A DNA stretch of 34,077 nt from Octopus bimaculoides (Eukaryota): positions 694,718-728,794 of the forward strand of contig NC_069009.1 of assembly GCF_001194135.2 (NCBI RefSeq), in the 5' to 3' direction. The stretch's first letter is position 1; the number at the start of each line of letters is the position of its first letter. Positions 10,696 to 22,300 of this stretch are shown one piece after another. Under the pieces are notes generated by a model. That model saw nothing but the letters and a program-made list of their open reading frames with translations. It ran no database searches and was not told where the DNA came from. The translations under genes and the position numbers were made by a program.

Positions 10696-11023
10696 TTTAA
10701 AATACGGACAGACCAAATTTTTTATTCATATCCCAGTATTTGACCATTAAATGTGTTTATTGGCAGAAGAATATTGAAAAACATCTATACGTCTTACAGA
10801 CAAACGAACGAGGACATTACGTGGGGGTTGTGAGATGTGCTAAACATAACAGCTAAATACTCCTTAAATCGCGCAGCAAATTTTTATTTTGCATATTCGT
10901 ATGAATTCCCTTGTGTTGAACGCAGATTCGCAGCAGTTGACCATTAAATGCATTTATGGGGAGAAAAATACGGAAGAACATTAATACGTCTGAATGACAA
11001 ATTTGGATTGTCTGTATTTTAAA
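10696..11023. mobile_element. MITE-like element with 25-bp terminal inverted repeats
   Basis: tttaaaatacggacagaccaaattt (10696-10720) versus the reverse complement of 10999-11023, tttaaaatacagacaatccaaattt (22/25). The internal part recurs at about 16267-16420. Confidence 0.5.
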
Positions 11024-11654
11024 CTCTGATTAATTAAACCCGGAACCATGTGTTGGGAAACAAGCTTCCTACCACACAGCCACGCCTGCACCTATATAAA
11101 TCATCGTCATTTAACATCCACTTTTTGATGCTTGCATGGGTCAGACGGAGATAATTGAGGCAGATTGTCTATGGCCAGGTGCCCCTCCTGTCACCAACAC
11201 TCATCTGTTTCCAAACAAGGTAATATTTCTCCATGGCCAAACTGGAAACAATGACGATGCTTGTATAACAGTGACAATCATTTTGCAACTATCACATAAT
11301 GTCAAGATATGGAGACACAAACATACGCACATATATACATATACATTTACTAAATCCATTTCACAAGGTTTTGGTCTGCCCAAGGCTGTAGTACAAGACA
11401 CTTATCCAATGTGCCAGTTAGTGGGACTGAACACAGAATCATATGGTTGGGAAGCAAACTTATTATACAACCATGCCTGTATCTTATATATACATTTTCA
11501 AACTGGAATGTAACAGTGGATAACTTAATTTATTCCAGTAAAATGCTTGGTTCTATTTAGTTTTACTTTATAAAAATGTAAAATTTCCATTGTTGTGTCT
11601 ATGATTGTTTAAATATTTTCTTTATTTAAATTTTTTGTTTCTCAATTATTTCAG

Positions 11655-11777
11655 AATATCAGAAACAGCAAAGAATTGTTTCTGTCAGATCTGTCACCAA
11701 TATTAACCATCTTTTCAAGACTAAAGGAAAATGTTACACAGAATGGATATATATATTCCTTTTTATATAGATCTATG
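11655..11777 (+). other. Putative internal 5' exon of A2 (homologs: A3 25615-25725 -, A1 3724-3854 -)
   Basis: Conserved acceptor atttcag|aatatcagaaac in all three type-A genes and donor ctatg|gtgaat in A2/A3 (ctata|gttgaa in A1). Confidence 0.6.
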
Positions 11778-12026
11778 GTGAATTAAAAATAAATATTTCT
11801 TTGGAACTGAGAGAAATATCAACATTTATTTTCTTCACTGCTTGAAAAATTTACAAACAGACTTTGCATTTTAATTAAACTTGGATTACAAAGGAATTTT
11901 GTAACAACCTCAGATAATCAAAATTTGGTGCTTATGGAAATATTGCAGCAGTAGTGTTTGTTAGGTATATAGTACAAGGACAAAAAGAGGAAAACTTGTG
12001 TCTGTTGTCGTAAGAAAACGAAAATT

Positions 12027-12800
12027 ATGGAAAATGAATTAATTGAGAACAAGGTTAAAAGTGAAATACAGAAGATTGACTTTTCTGATGATGTAAAGAA
12101 CGAGAAAGGAAAACCGTCATTTAATTGTGATATCTGTGGTAAATCGTTCTGCCGAAAAGGTAACATTACTAAACACAAACTTATTCATACAGGAGAAAAA
12201 CCATATCATTGTGATATCTGTGGTAAATCATTTTATCAAAGTGATCACTTAACTATTCACGTACGCATTCATACAGGGGAAAAGCCATATTTCTGTGATT
12301 TCTGTGGTAAATCATTCTCGGAGAATAGTTCTTTAACTAAACATAAACGTATTCATACTTTGGAAAAACCACATAATTGTGATTTCTGCGGTAAATCATT
12401 TTCTAATGGTGACGGTCTCACCAGACACAAACGAATTCATACGGGTGAGAAGCCACATCCCTGTGATATCTGTGGTAAACCATTCTCTCAAAGAGGTGAC
12501 TTAAGTAGACACAAATACATCCATGCAGAAGAGAAACCATATCATTGTGATATCTGTGGTAAGTCATTCTCTCAAAAAGGTAATTTAATTAAGCATAAAC
12601 GTATTCATACAGGAGAGAAACCATATCACTGTGATATCTGTGGTCAGTCATTCTGTGCAAGTTGTGACTTAACTATACACATACGTATTCATACAGGTGA
12701 GAAACCATATCACTGTGATATCTGTGGTAAGTCATTCTCTAAAAAAGCTACGCTGAACTCTCATAAAAATATTCATACAAGAGAGAAACACCTTGTGTGA
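12027..12800 (+). CDS. C2H2 zinc-finger protein, type A (A2), 8 fingers, 257 aa; truncated by a 2-bp deletion
   Basis: 31-aa leader homologous to A1/A3 and 8 intact fingers. The ORF ends after a 2-nt deletion in the linker (gagaaa-caccttg-tgtgat versus gagaaa-cgttacctg-tgtgat in A3); further finger DNA continues out of frame. Confidence 0.9.
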   Translation: MENELIENKVKSEIQKIDFSDDVKNEKGKPSFNCDICGKSFCRKGNITKHKLIHTGEKPYHCDICGKSFYQSDHLTIHVRIHTGEKPYFCDFCGKSFSENSSLTKHKRIHTLEKPHNCDFCGKSFSNGDGLTRHKRIHTGEKPHPCDICGKPFSQRGDLSRHKYIHAEEKPYHCDICGKSFSQKGNLIKHKRIHTGEKPYHCDICGQSFCASCDLTIHIRIHTGEKPYHCDICGKSFSKKATLNSHKNIHTREKHLV

Positions 12801-14110
12801 TGTGTGTGGTAAATCATTGTCTAATGATGGTTACTTAACACAAACACATCCATGCGATTGAGAAGCCATATCACTGTGATATTTGTGATAAATCATTCTC
12901 TGAAAGTAGTGGTTCAGACATGAACACATTCACACAGGGTAAATTCCATATCACAATGATATCTGTGAAGGACATATTCTTTCAAAGAAGAATCTTTACA
13001 AAACACAAGTGCACTCAAACAGGAGAAAAGCTATATCACTGCAATGTCTGTGATAAGTCATTCTCTGAAAATGGTGACTTAATTCAACCCAAACTTATTC
13101 ATACAGGAGAGTAACCATATCACTTCAATATCTGGTAAATCGTTTTCTGATGACAACCAATTAACTGAACACAAACACATTCATACAGGAGTAAAAATAT
13201 ATATCCCTGTGACATCTGTATTAAATCTTTATCTCATGGATATATATTAACTACTCGTAAAGGGGAGAAAAAAAAACCTTATCGTTATGATGAATCATCT
13301 GCTGAATCTTGGTCACTTAACTAAACCCAAGCATATTCATAGAGGAAACAATATTGTGACATCTGTTGCAAATTATTACCTCATGGATATAAGTTAACCA
13401 CTAACAAACACACATGCAAGGGAGAAACCTTATGACTATCACATCTGTGGTAAGTGCTTCACTAAAACTGGTCACGTAACTAAACACAAGCTAATTCATA
13501 TGGGAGAAAAGCAATATTGTGACATTTGTAGCAAATCATTATCTTATGGATAAATAATCATACAGGGGAAAATCCTATTCTTTGTGACGAATCCTTAACT
13601 AAACACTAGTTTATCCAAACATGAGACAACCCATATCATTGTGGCATCTGTTGTAAATTATTATCTCTAGGATATACTTCAACTTCTTATAGAAGGGAAA
13701 AAACCTTATCATTGTGACATCTGTGATGAATCCTTCACTGAAACTGGGGCCACTGAACTAAACTCAAACTCATTCAAACAGGACAGGAATCATATTTCTG
13801 TGATATCTAGCGATGCCTGCTGGGTTCGGCTGCTCTACATTGATAAGAGGCAATAATACCTTGAAACTAGTCTGTAGATGCCAGACCAGCAAGGGGAAGC
13901 GGCTGACCTCCCCTTGTTCGAAGGTTATAATGGACACAGGTTCGTGTGTGACATAGCTAGCTAGAGGCGATGGCCTCTTGGAGCTAATCAACGGCAGCAT
14001 TCGTCCTATTTTTTGGACTGCCATGTTGGCTTGGCGATAACTATTGATATGCTAAATCATTTTCTCAAAAACGATCCCTGACTGACCATATTGTTATTAA
14101 TATGCATCAA
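12801..14110 (+). pseudogene. Decayed C2H2 finger array downstream of the A2 stop
   Basis: Repeated tgtgatat/catatcactgt/aaatcattct/cattcatacagga motifs with frameshifts and stops, including SENGDLIQPKLIHTGE* (ending 13114) and a split finger reading AKSFSQKRSLTDH after 14050. Confidence 0.85.
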
Positions 14111-15224
14111 TAACTCTATCAAAATATAGGCTCATAATATACACAGTGCAACAAGCACTGCAAGTGTGATTACATTTAGTTGGGTTAACTGTTTCCTGTT
14201 TCTCATTTGTATAATTAATAATGTTATCATTATTGGTTATCTTTCATTGGAGTAGCCTAGAAGTTGTATAAATGTACTCTATACAAGAAAATATTAATAT
14301 TCATATTGATATTGATACATAAGGAGTGCAGTCAAACACGTTTCACTGGTTTTTTTTTTGTTGGTTTGTATATTTTGTTGCCCATATTCATTTTCTCGTT
14401 TTTGTTAGTAAATCTGTTAATATTAAGAATATTGCTATTTCAAAATACTCATCAAATTTGTTGGTATACTAATGAAATAAAAGAAAGAATTTGATGAACA
14501 AAAATGAAGTGTTGCATGTTATATCTTCCTTGTGTTTATCTCAATTGTTAGAATTGATTTTGTGGAAAATAAATTATATTAAGTGCATTCAATAAGTATC
14601 AGCCTTTATTTTTTTCCTGCCAAAGATAATGCCACTGGGGCAAAACCCTTTGGATGGAAGGTTTTTTTGTTGGTTTGTATATTCTGGATGGGAGGTGACA
14701 CCACCCTTCCTGTACATCAGATCCCTCGAAGCCCTGAAATGACCCATCGTCTGTGCACCAGAAATAGGATAGACCGTGAATTTGTGGGGCTGCTAGTTTT
14801 TGGTGCATACTTACATTGACTGTCGTATTTTAGACTGTAAAATACATAAGTAAAACAATATGGAAGTGAAAATGTGAAAGAGATGAGGTGAAGTCATGAA
14901 AAGACGAAAAAAAGGTTGATACTGAATGTAATAGGGGAAAAAATTATGTTTAAATTAAAATGTAATTTTCATTAATAAAACAAATTGCACTCAGAGTGGG
15001 AGCTGATGTCTGTTGGGGAGTGAAATGTTGCTGTGGTCAGTCTCTCAACTTCACAGGCCTTCATGGTTTATTTTGCCACCTAAAATGCTGGTCGTTTCAC
15101 TCATCAAACTAAGCTAAACTTAAATATTTAAGTGGACCTGGCTCAGGTAAAATATCCCCTCTGGTCTGGAGCTGGCAGGGTTAGCCAGAAATGATGGAAA
15201 GAGACTAGATGGACTTACCCTTTG

Positions 15225-15690
15225 ATCTTGGGTTTCTATGCCTGGATGCCCTTCCTAACACCAACCACTTCAAGAGTGTAGTAGGTGCTTTTTACGTGTC
15301 ACCAGCATAGGTGCCAGTTGCATGACACCAGCATCGGCCATGACTACGATCTTACTTAGCATGCTATTTTGCTAAAGGCCTTGATCACTTGTCTCTGCCT
15401 CTGTGAGGCTCAAGTTTTGAACAATGCCTTTTATGTGCCACCAACACAGGTGCCAGTCGCACGGCACTGGCATTGGCCATGACTACAATTTCGTTTGGCT
15501 TGGCAGGTCTTCTTAAGGATAGCACATCACCCAATGTTCAAAGGGTGCTTTTTATGTGCCAGTTAAGTGACACTGGCATTAGCCACAACTATGATCTCAC
15601 TTGGCTTGATGGGACTCCTCAAGCACAGCATATTGTCAAAGGTCTCGGTCACTTGCTATTACCTCTGTGAGGCTCAACATTCAAATATCA
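15225..15690. mobile_element. Retroposon-like repeat with internal tandem subunits
   Basis: ggatgcccttcctaacaccaaccac followed by three imperfect copies of gtgctttttatgtgccac..gtgccagt..cactggcatt.gcca.gactac.at. Confidence 0.6.
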
Positions 15691-15694
15691 TGTT

Positions 15695-15868
15695 TGTCCT
15701 CCCGACATCGCTTGACATCCGATGCTGGTGTGGTTACGTTCCCGTAACTTAGCGGTTCGGCAAAAAGATACCGATAGAATAAGTACTAGGCTTACAAAGA
15801 ACAGGGTCGACTAAAAGGTGTTGTTCCAGCATGGCCGTAATCAAATGACTGAAACAAATAAAAGAATA
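15695..15868 (+). mobile_element. SINE family 1, 3' portion
   Basis: Same 3' body as 9563-9705 and 4840-4954. Confidence 0.8.
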
Positions 15869-16024
15869 TGAAATTGGTATCATCTCTGGTGGAGGAATCA
15901 ATTTAGATATAGAATAATATTTGGTTCAAAACTGAGTTAGTGACAAAGCCTAGAAGTTGTCGCGAATGAGTAAATGTTGACCTGAAGAATATTATTCACA
16001 CGCTAACGATATTATATATCTTAC

Positions 16025-16940
16025 CAGTTATTGTTGCATAATCCACTGTTAACAGTGTAATATCTTTAATAATACTGGACAACCTATTAAAACCGCAAAC
16101 AGAAACAAACTGGTTCATGTGACTTTCCGTTTTTTTAATAAAGAAAATCACGAAACTGTTCACAAAAACGAAAATAGGTATACATTTTTTTGTGTGTGCC
16201 TGTAACCAATAAGTCTTCCTAGACGTCGCATCCCAGTAATAGAGCAGTCCTGGGAACATCGCCATTCTATTAAATGTGTTTATTGAAAAATCTCAATACG
16301 CCTGAGTCACAAAAAGACGAGGAAGTTATCAGGTAGTCATGAAATATGTTAAAAACAACAGCTAAATCACGGGAATCATATGAATTCCCGTATATAGAAC
16401 ACAAACTCGCAAAAACTTCCTGAAAATTCCAAAAAGTAAAAAGGAGTTACGAGGGCTTGTATGGGGTGCTTATATGACCAACTGACCGATGTCCATCGAA
16501 ACCCGAGCTTAGTGTAAAGAACTAGCAAGTTCGATTCTCTTCCTGCGAAGGGGAAATATTTCTGTTAATGATTTGCTTCTGGTTGATATGAAAATGGCAA
16601 ACGAAGAGAAAATCAGGGGGAATTTGCAAGGAATAGATCTATGGATATGGTTTGTCAAAAGGAATTTTGGGATTATCAAATGTCGGTTTTCAGTAAATTA
16701 TATTAGGGACATCTAACCCGCAATACCGTTGTATATTGAGACGGAAGAAAAAAGTAATGAACAACCCGACTGTATATTCGGACGGGAAAATCGTAAATGG
16801 CACCGGTTTCATTCAGACAACAACGAGAATTACCAACGTTACTGCGAAATAGTTTCTAATTAGTTCAGCTAATTTAATTATAACATTTACAGTAATTATG
16901 TCACGTTAAGGTAAACGTTAATGTTTGTGGACAATATCGG
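16025..16940. promoter_or_regulatory. Putative bidirectional promoter upstream of B2, with an orphan type-A first exon on -
   Basis: CTG|GTAAGA donor on - at 16025 with the gtgatttt..aagtcacatga..ctgttt.cgg block; CGG|GTGAGT donor on + at 16940; 16660-17000 is homologous to 6660-6990. Confidence 0.55.
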
Positions 16941-17519
16941 GTGAGTTACATATTTCAAGATCGGTGTTCCACCCCTTTAATTATTTATCATTTTATCTGC
17001 AAACCACATCGTTAATTGGTTTTTTTTCTTGATTTATTTACTCAAGATCAGGACAGAGGAAGATCCATTTTAATTACCAACAAATGAAGAAATAGGTTTC
17101 TTGCTGGACTTTTCAGTTGATTTTCAAATCAAACAGAAAAAAAAAGAAATACAACAGAACACAGGGACTTTTCTTTTATCCGCAGTGCACAGTATAAATG
17201 CGTACATACACGCATACAAAGGCACAAATATATATATATATACATATCATTTATTAGGCATCTACATGTGTATATGTACACATATTCTTTCATCTTACCG
17301 TATTGATAATGCAGAAATTATAAGTCTTTTCGCCTACAAGAATATATTTTTGTATGGAAATTGGAAAGGACTTAACAAAACGCTTATGGTGAGTAAAAGA
17401 TATATAATTTCCACACTTGTAAGCTGAAATCCACGATTCACGACTAAAAGCTAAACCATCAAAGAATATACTTCAAGACATTTCTCAAGATTTTTGTCTC
17501 AGATTCCTGAAGAATTGAT

Positions 17520-18982
17520 ATGGAAGACGTTAAGGACTTGGACACTTCTACCACAACTGATTTTACCGATGTAGATTCAGCAGCATCGATTGACAGAGAC
17601 GAGAAACCTTTATGGAGTGAAGTATTTATTAACCAAGCATCAATGATTGAAACTATTCCTGAATATTGCTGTGAGATTTGTGGGAAAACATTCAATTTAG
17701 AACAGGATTTCTTCACACATAAAGACGCACACAATAAGGAAAAACCATTCCATTGTGAAATATGTGGGAAATATTTTGCATATAACAGTTATTTTATTAG
17801 TCATCAAAGAATCCACACTGGAGAGAAGCCGTATCATTGCGAAATATGTGAGAAATCTTTCACTCAGAATTCTCATCTTGTTATCCACATACGTAGTCAT
17901 ACAGGGGAGAAACTATTTCATTGTGAGATATGTAATAAATCATTTGTCTCCAACAGTAATTTAACAAAACATAGGAGAATACACACCGGAGAAAAACCGT
18001 ATCATTGTGAAATATGCTTCAAGTCTTTTGTCTCAAATTGTAAATTAACAAGACACAAAAGNNNNNNNNNNNNNNNNNNNNNNNNNNNNNNNNNNNNNNN
18101 NNNNNNNNNNNNNNNNNNNNNNNNNNNNNNNNNNNNNNNNNNNNNNNNNNNNNNNNNNNNNNNNNNNNNNNNNNNNNNNNNNNNNNNNNNNNNNNNNNNN
18201 NNNNNNNNNNNNNNNNNNNNNNNNNNNNNNNNNNNNNNNNNNNNNNNNNNNNNNNNNNNNNNNNNNNNNNNNNNNNNNNNNNNNNNNNNNNNNNNNNNNN
18301 NNNNNNNNNNNNNNNNNNNNNNNNNNNNNNNNNNNNNNNNNNNNNNNNNNNNNNNNNNNNNNNNNNNNNNNNNNNNNNNNNNNNNNNNNNNNNNNNNNNN
18401 NNNNNNNNNNNNNNNNNNNNNNNNNNNNNNNNNNNNNNNNNNNNNNNNNNNNNNNNNNNNNNNNNNNNNNNNNNNNNNNNNNNNNNNNNNNNNNNNNNNN
18501 NNNNNNNNNNNNNNNNNNNNNNNNNNNNNNNNNNNNNNNNNNNNNNNNNNNNNNNNNNNNNNNNNNNNNNNNNNNNNNNNNNNNNNNNNNNNNNNNNNNN
18601 NNNNNNNNNNNNNNNNNNNNNNNNNNNNNNNNNNNNNNNNNNNNNNNNNNNNNNNNNNNNNNNNATATCACTGTGAAGTGTGTGGGAAATCTTTTGTGGA
18701 TAATAGTAATCTAAACAGACACAGACAAACACACGCTAAAGAAAAACTGTTCAACTGTAAAACTGTGGTAGAGACTAAGCCTTTTAACTCTGAAACTTCG
18801 GTAGAAGCCAAGCCTTTTATCTCTGAGACTTTGGTAGAGGCTAAGCCTTTAAACTGTGAAACTTCAGTAGAGACTAAGCCTTTTAGCCATGAAACTTCAG
18901 AAGAGGCTAAACCTTTTAACCGTGAAACTTCGGTAGAAGCTAAGCCTTTAAACTGTGAAACTTCTGTTGAAGCCAAGGCTTT
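17520..18982 (+). CDS. C2H2 zinc-finger protein, type B (B2), close paralog of B1; partly in assembly gaps, true end unknown
   Basis: First ~477 nt about 96% identical to B1 by manual count; 4 full fingers plus most of a 5th before gap 18062-18664; last finger (VDNSNLNRH) and at least 6 units of the 11-aa tail after it. The stop is probably in gap 18983-19125; the ORF-track end (ELITIL) is a gap artefact. Confidence 0.88.
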
Positions 18983-20509
18983 NNNNNNNNNNNNNNNNNN
19001 NNNNNNNNNNNNNNNNNNNNNNNNNNNNNNNNNNNNNNNNNNNNNNNNNNNNNNNNNNNNNNNNNNNNNNNNNNNNNNNNNNNNNNNNNNNNNNNNNNNN
19101 NNNNNNNNNNNNNNNNNNNNNNNNNCTGAGTTAATTACTATTCTATGATATATTTTATTGACACAAAACAGCACACCTTGGAATTTTTGTAGATATTTGT
19201 TAATTCTACCTGTGTAGTGTAATTAAAAATTTATAAGCAAATGATAGAGTTAGTGATTATTAAAATTTATTAAACTAAATTATTATTTCATAGTATAAAG
19301 AAAATAGAGCATCACAGTTCAGAATTGTGGCAAACATTTGGGGAATCCAGCATAGTTCCTATGTGGTCCCTTTCATTTTGTAAAGGAGATTGTTCATGTG
19401 CCTATTTGACATCTTTATCAATTTTTCTCATGTATTTAAACTCGAGTTCACCATGCATACACTGTAGAACATACGTCATGATCAATTATACTGAAAAAAA
19501 AACCCCATTGTCTTTGAATTCTTGTAGTCTACAAATGTAGTCTCATTTGGGAGAAACACTTTCATTAAAGATTTGTGAAATCCTTATTTGTGAATTATGA
19601 ATTTTTGTTGTTTTAATGTTCACTTTTCCATGTTGGCATGGGTTAAATGGAATTTGTTGAGACATGTTTTCTTTGGTTGGATGCCCTCCCATCACACATT
19701 TTACATGCAAAGTAATATTTCTTCATGGTTGGTCACATTTCCATTGGAAATTGAAAACAAACAACACCACATGTACAAAGGTGACACCTGTCTGCATCAA
19801 ACATGTGTCAAGATGTGGAGATGCACATGCATGCACACATACACACTCTCTTCCACCCACTAAATCAACTCACAAGGTTTGAGCTGACCCAAGGCCATAA
19901 TCCAAAGTGCCATACCCTAGGATTGAACCTAAAACCACACAGCTGGGTAGCAAACTACTTAACCATGAAACCATACCAACATTTATGCTCTCACACACAC
20001 ATGTGGTGGGCTTCCTTTCAGTTTCTGAGTTCAAATTCTGCCTCCCACCAAATTTCAGCCCTTGTGTCTGTAATAGGTTTATTATACTCCTTACCCAATC
20101 CACTCAGAAGGCTTGGGTTGGCCTGGCTCTACAGCCAAAGATATTCAATGTGCCATTCAGTAGGACTGAACCCAAAATCACAGGGTAACTGAGCAAACTT
20201 CTTAACCACACAACCTTGCCTATCTTAAATATAAGCAAGTACTGTATATACAGGAGGGGAAGTAGCGACATGGTTTCTTGAAAACATTGCAACCAGAAAT
20301 AAAAAGAAAGATGGGTCTTAATGAATCAATACAAGGAAACTGACAGCTGTATGGTTAACAAGCTTGCTTCCCAACCATCAGGTATCTGGTTCAGTCCTAC
20401 TGTGTGGCACCTTTGGCTAATCTTTTTTACAATAACCTTGGGCCTTGTGAGTGGACAGAATCTAAAAGAAGCTTTTTGAATATGTGTGGATATTATCAAG
20501 TATGTGTCC

Positions 20510-20810
20510 TCCCTGTATCCAGGGGTCAGCTTGTGATGATTCTCCAGTTCCCTTTGTGTTGTACTCCATGCAATTCGCCAGGTACTTCTTGTTTCCAGTC
20601 CATTCTTTGTTGCTGTCGGTCTGCAAAAGTGATGACCTCTTGTTCTCTTCCCCTCAACACTTCCTATTAGGATGGTCTTGGGTAGTCACACATTGTCCAT
20701 TTCATACTCAAAATATGATAGCATTCTGGACTTGATTCTCCAACTAAAGGTGTCTTTGCGCTTTTAGCTATTCTAATACTGCAACATTTGTTGCCCTGTC
20801 TTTCCAGGTT
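20510..20810 (-). mobile_element. RTE-clade LINE 3' fragment (second, duplicated copy about 20900-21110)
   Basis: Broken frames read TWKDRATNVAVLE, PKTILIGSVEGKRTRG and DSNKEWTG; the second copy reads IILQRMVDKKRAGG..DNIKEWTG. These are typical RTE ORF C-terminal motifs. Confidence 0.75.
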
Positions 20811-21332
20811 TGGGCTGACCAAAGCCTTGTGAATGGATTCAGTAGGCAGAAACTGAAAGAGGTGTTTTGAATGTGTGTGGAAATTATGAAGCATGTTCCT
20901 TCCCTGTATCCAGGGGTCAACTTGCTATGATTCTCCAGTTCCCTTTGTATTGTGTTACATGTATGCAATCAGCCAGGTACTTGTTTCCAGTCCATTCTTT
21001 GATGTTGTCAGGCAATAATCGTCTTTGACAGCCAGCCTCCTGCTCTCTTCTTGTCAACCATTCTTTGCAGGATGATCATGGGCCCTGAAAGACTGCTGCA
21101 GTAAGTATATGAATCTGAGAGGGGGAACATGTTGAATAAAATCATAATGAACTGATAACTTTTACCCAACTTTTGAGCATCTGTTCATATATGCTATGAA
21201 GACTAAGTTAAACTCTGGTCATAAGTCCAAGAGCTGCTGACAAACCTAAATCCTAATCACTGGTTCTTAACCAGGATCTGTATAAGATTTTATTGTTAAA
21301 ATTTATGTGCATAGAAAGCAGACACTAAATGA

Positions 21333-21381
<49 letters not shown>

Positions 21382-22300
21382 NNNNNNNNNNNNNNNNNNN
21401 NNNNNNNNNNNNNNNNNNNNNNNNNNNNNNNNNNNNNNNNNNNNNNNNNNNNNNNNNNNNNNNNNNNNNNNNNNNNNNNNNNNNNNNNNNNNNNNNNNNN
21501 NNNNNNNNNNNNNNNNNNNNNNNNNNNNNNNNNNNNNNNNNNNNNNNNNNNNNNNNNNNNNNNNNNNNNNNNNNNNNNNNNNNNNNNNNNNNNNNNNNNN
21601 NNNNNNNNNNNNNNNNNNNNNNNNNNNNNNNNNNNNNNNNNNNNNNNNNNNNNNNNNNNNNNNNNNNNNNNNNNNNNNNNNNNNNNNNNNNNNNNNNNNN
21701 NNNNNNNNNNNNNNNNNNNNNNNNNNNNNNNNNNNNNNNNNNNNNNNNNNNNNNNNNNNNNNNNNNNNNNNNNNNNNNNNNNNNNNNNNNNNNNNNNNNN
21801 NNNNNNNNNNNNNNNNNNNNNNNNNNNNNNNNNNNNNNNNNNNNNNNNNNNNNNNNNNNNNNNNNNNNNNNNNNNNNNNNNNNNNNNNNNNNNNNNNNNN
21901 NNNNNNNNNNNNNNNNNGACACTTGCTGAAGGTGTCACGCAGTGGGACTGAACCTAGAACCATGTGGTTAGGCAGCAACTAGAAAATTATTTAATTCCTA
22001 TATGATTGGCATTGGCTGAAAATTGGAGTTTACATCATCAGAGACATTGGAATTTTGGATAAGTTAGAAAAATGCACCCTCCATTGTTTTTTTTTGCAAA
22101 ATATAAATTCAGACAATTCGTTTCTACTCCAGGCACAAGGCCCGAAATTTTTGAGGAAGGGGCCAGTCAATTAGATTGACCCCAGTATGCAAATGGTACC
22201 TAATTTATCGACCCTGAAAGGATGAAAGGCAAAGTTGACCTCGGTGGAATTTGAACTCGGAACATAAATTCAGACAAAATTGAGATAAAAACAAGGCAGC

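Noticed and set aside
13990-14030. Possible hammerhead or HDV-like ribozyme (gtcc..ggac-gaat on -)
   Set aside because: The CUGANGA core is missing and no P1/P2 pairing partners for an HDV fold could be found by eye.
16660-19845. B2 region as an uncollapsed haplotype of B1
   Set aside because: Flanks differ by many substitutions and a ~175-bp intron indel, finger 5 and tail units differ, and upstream contexts differ; a true paralog is much more likely.
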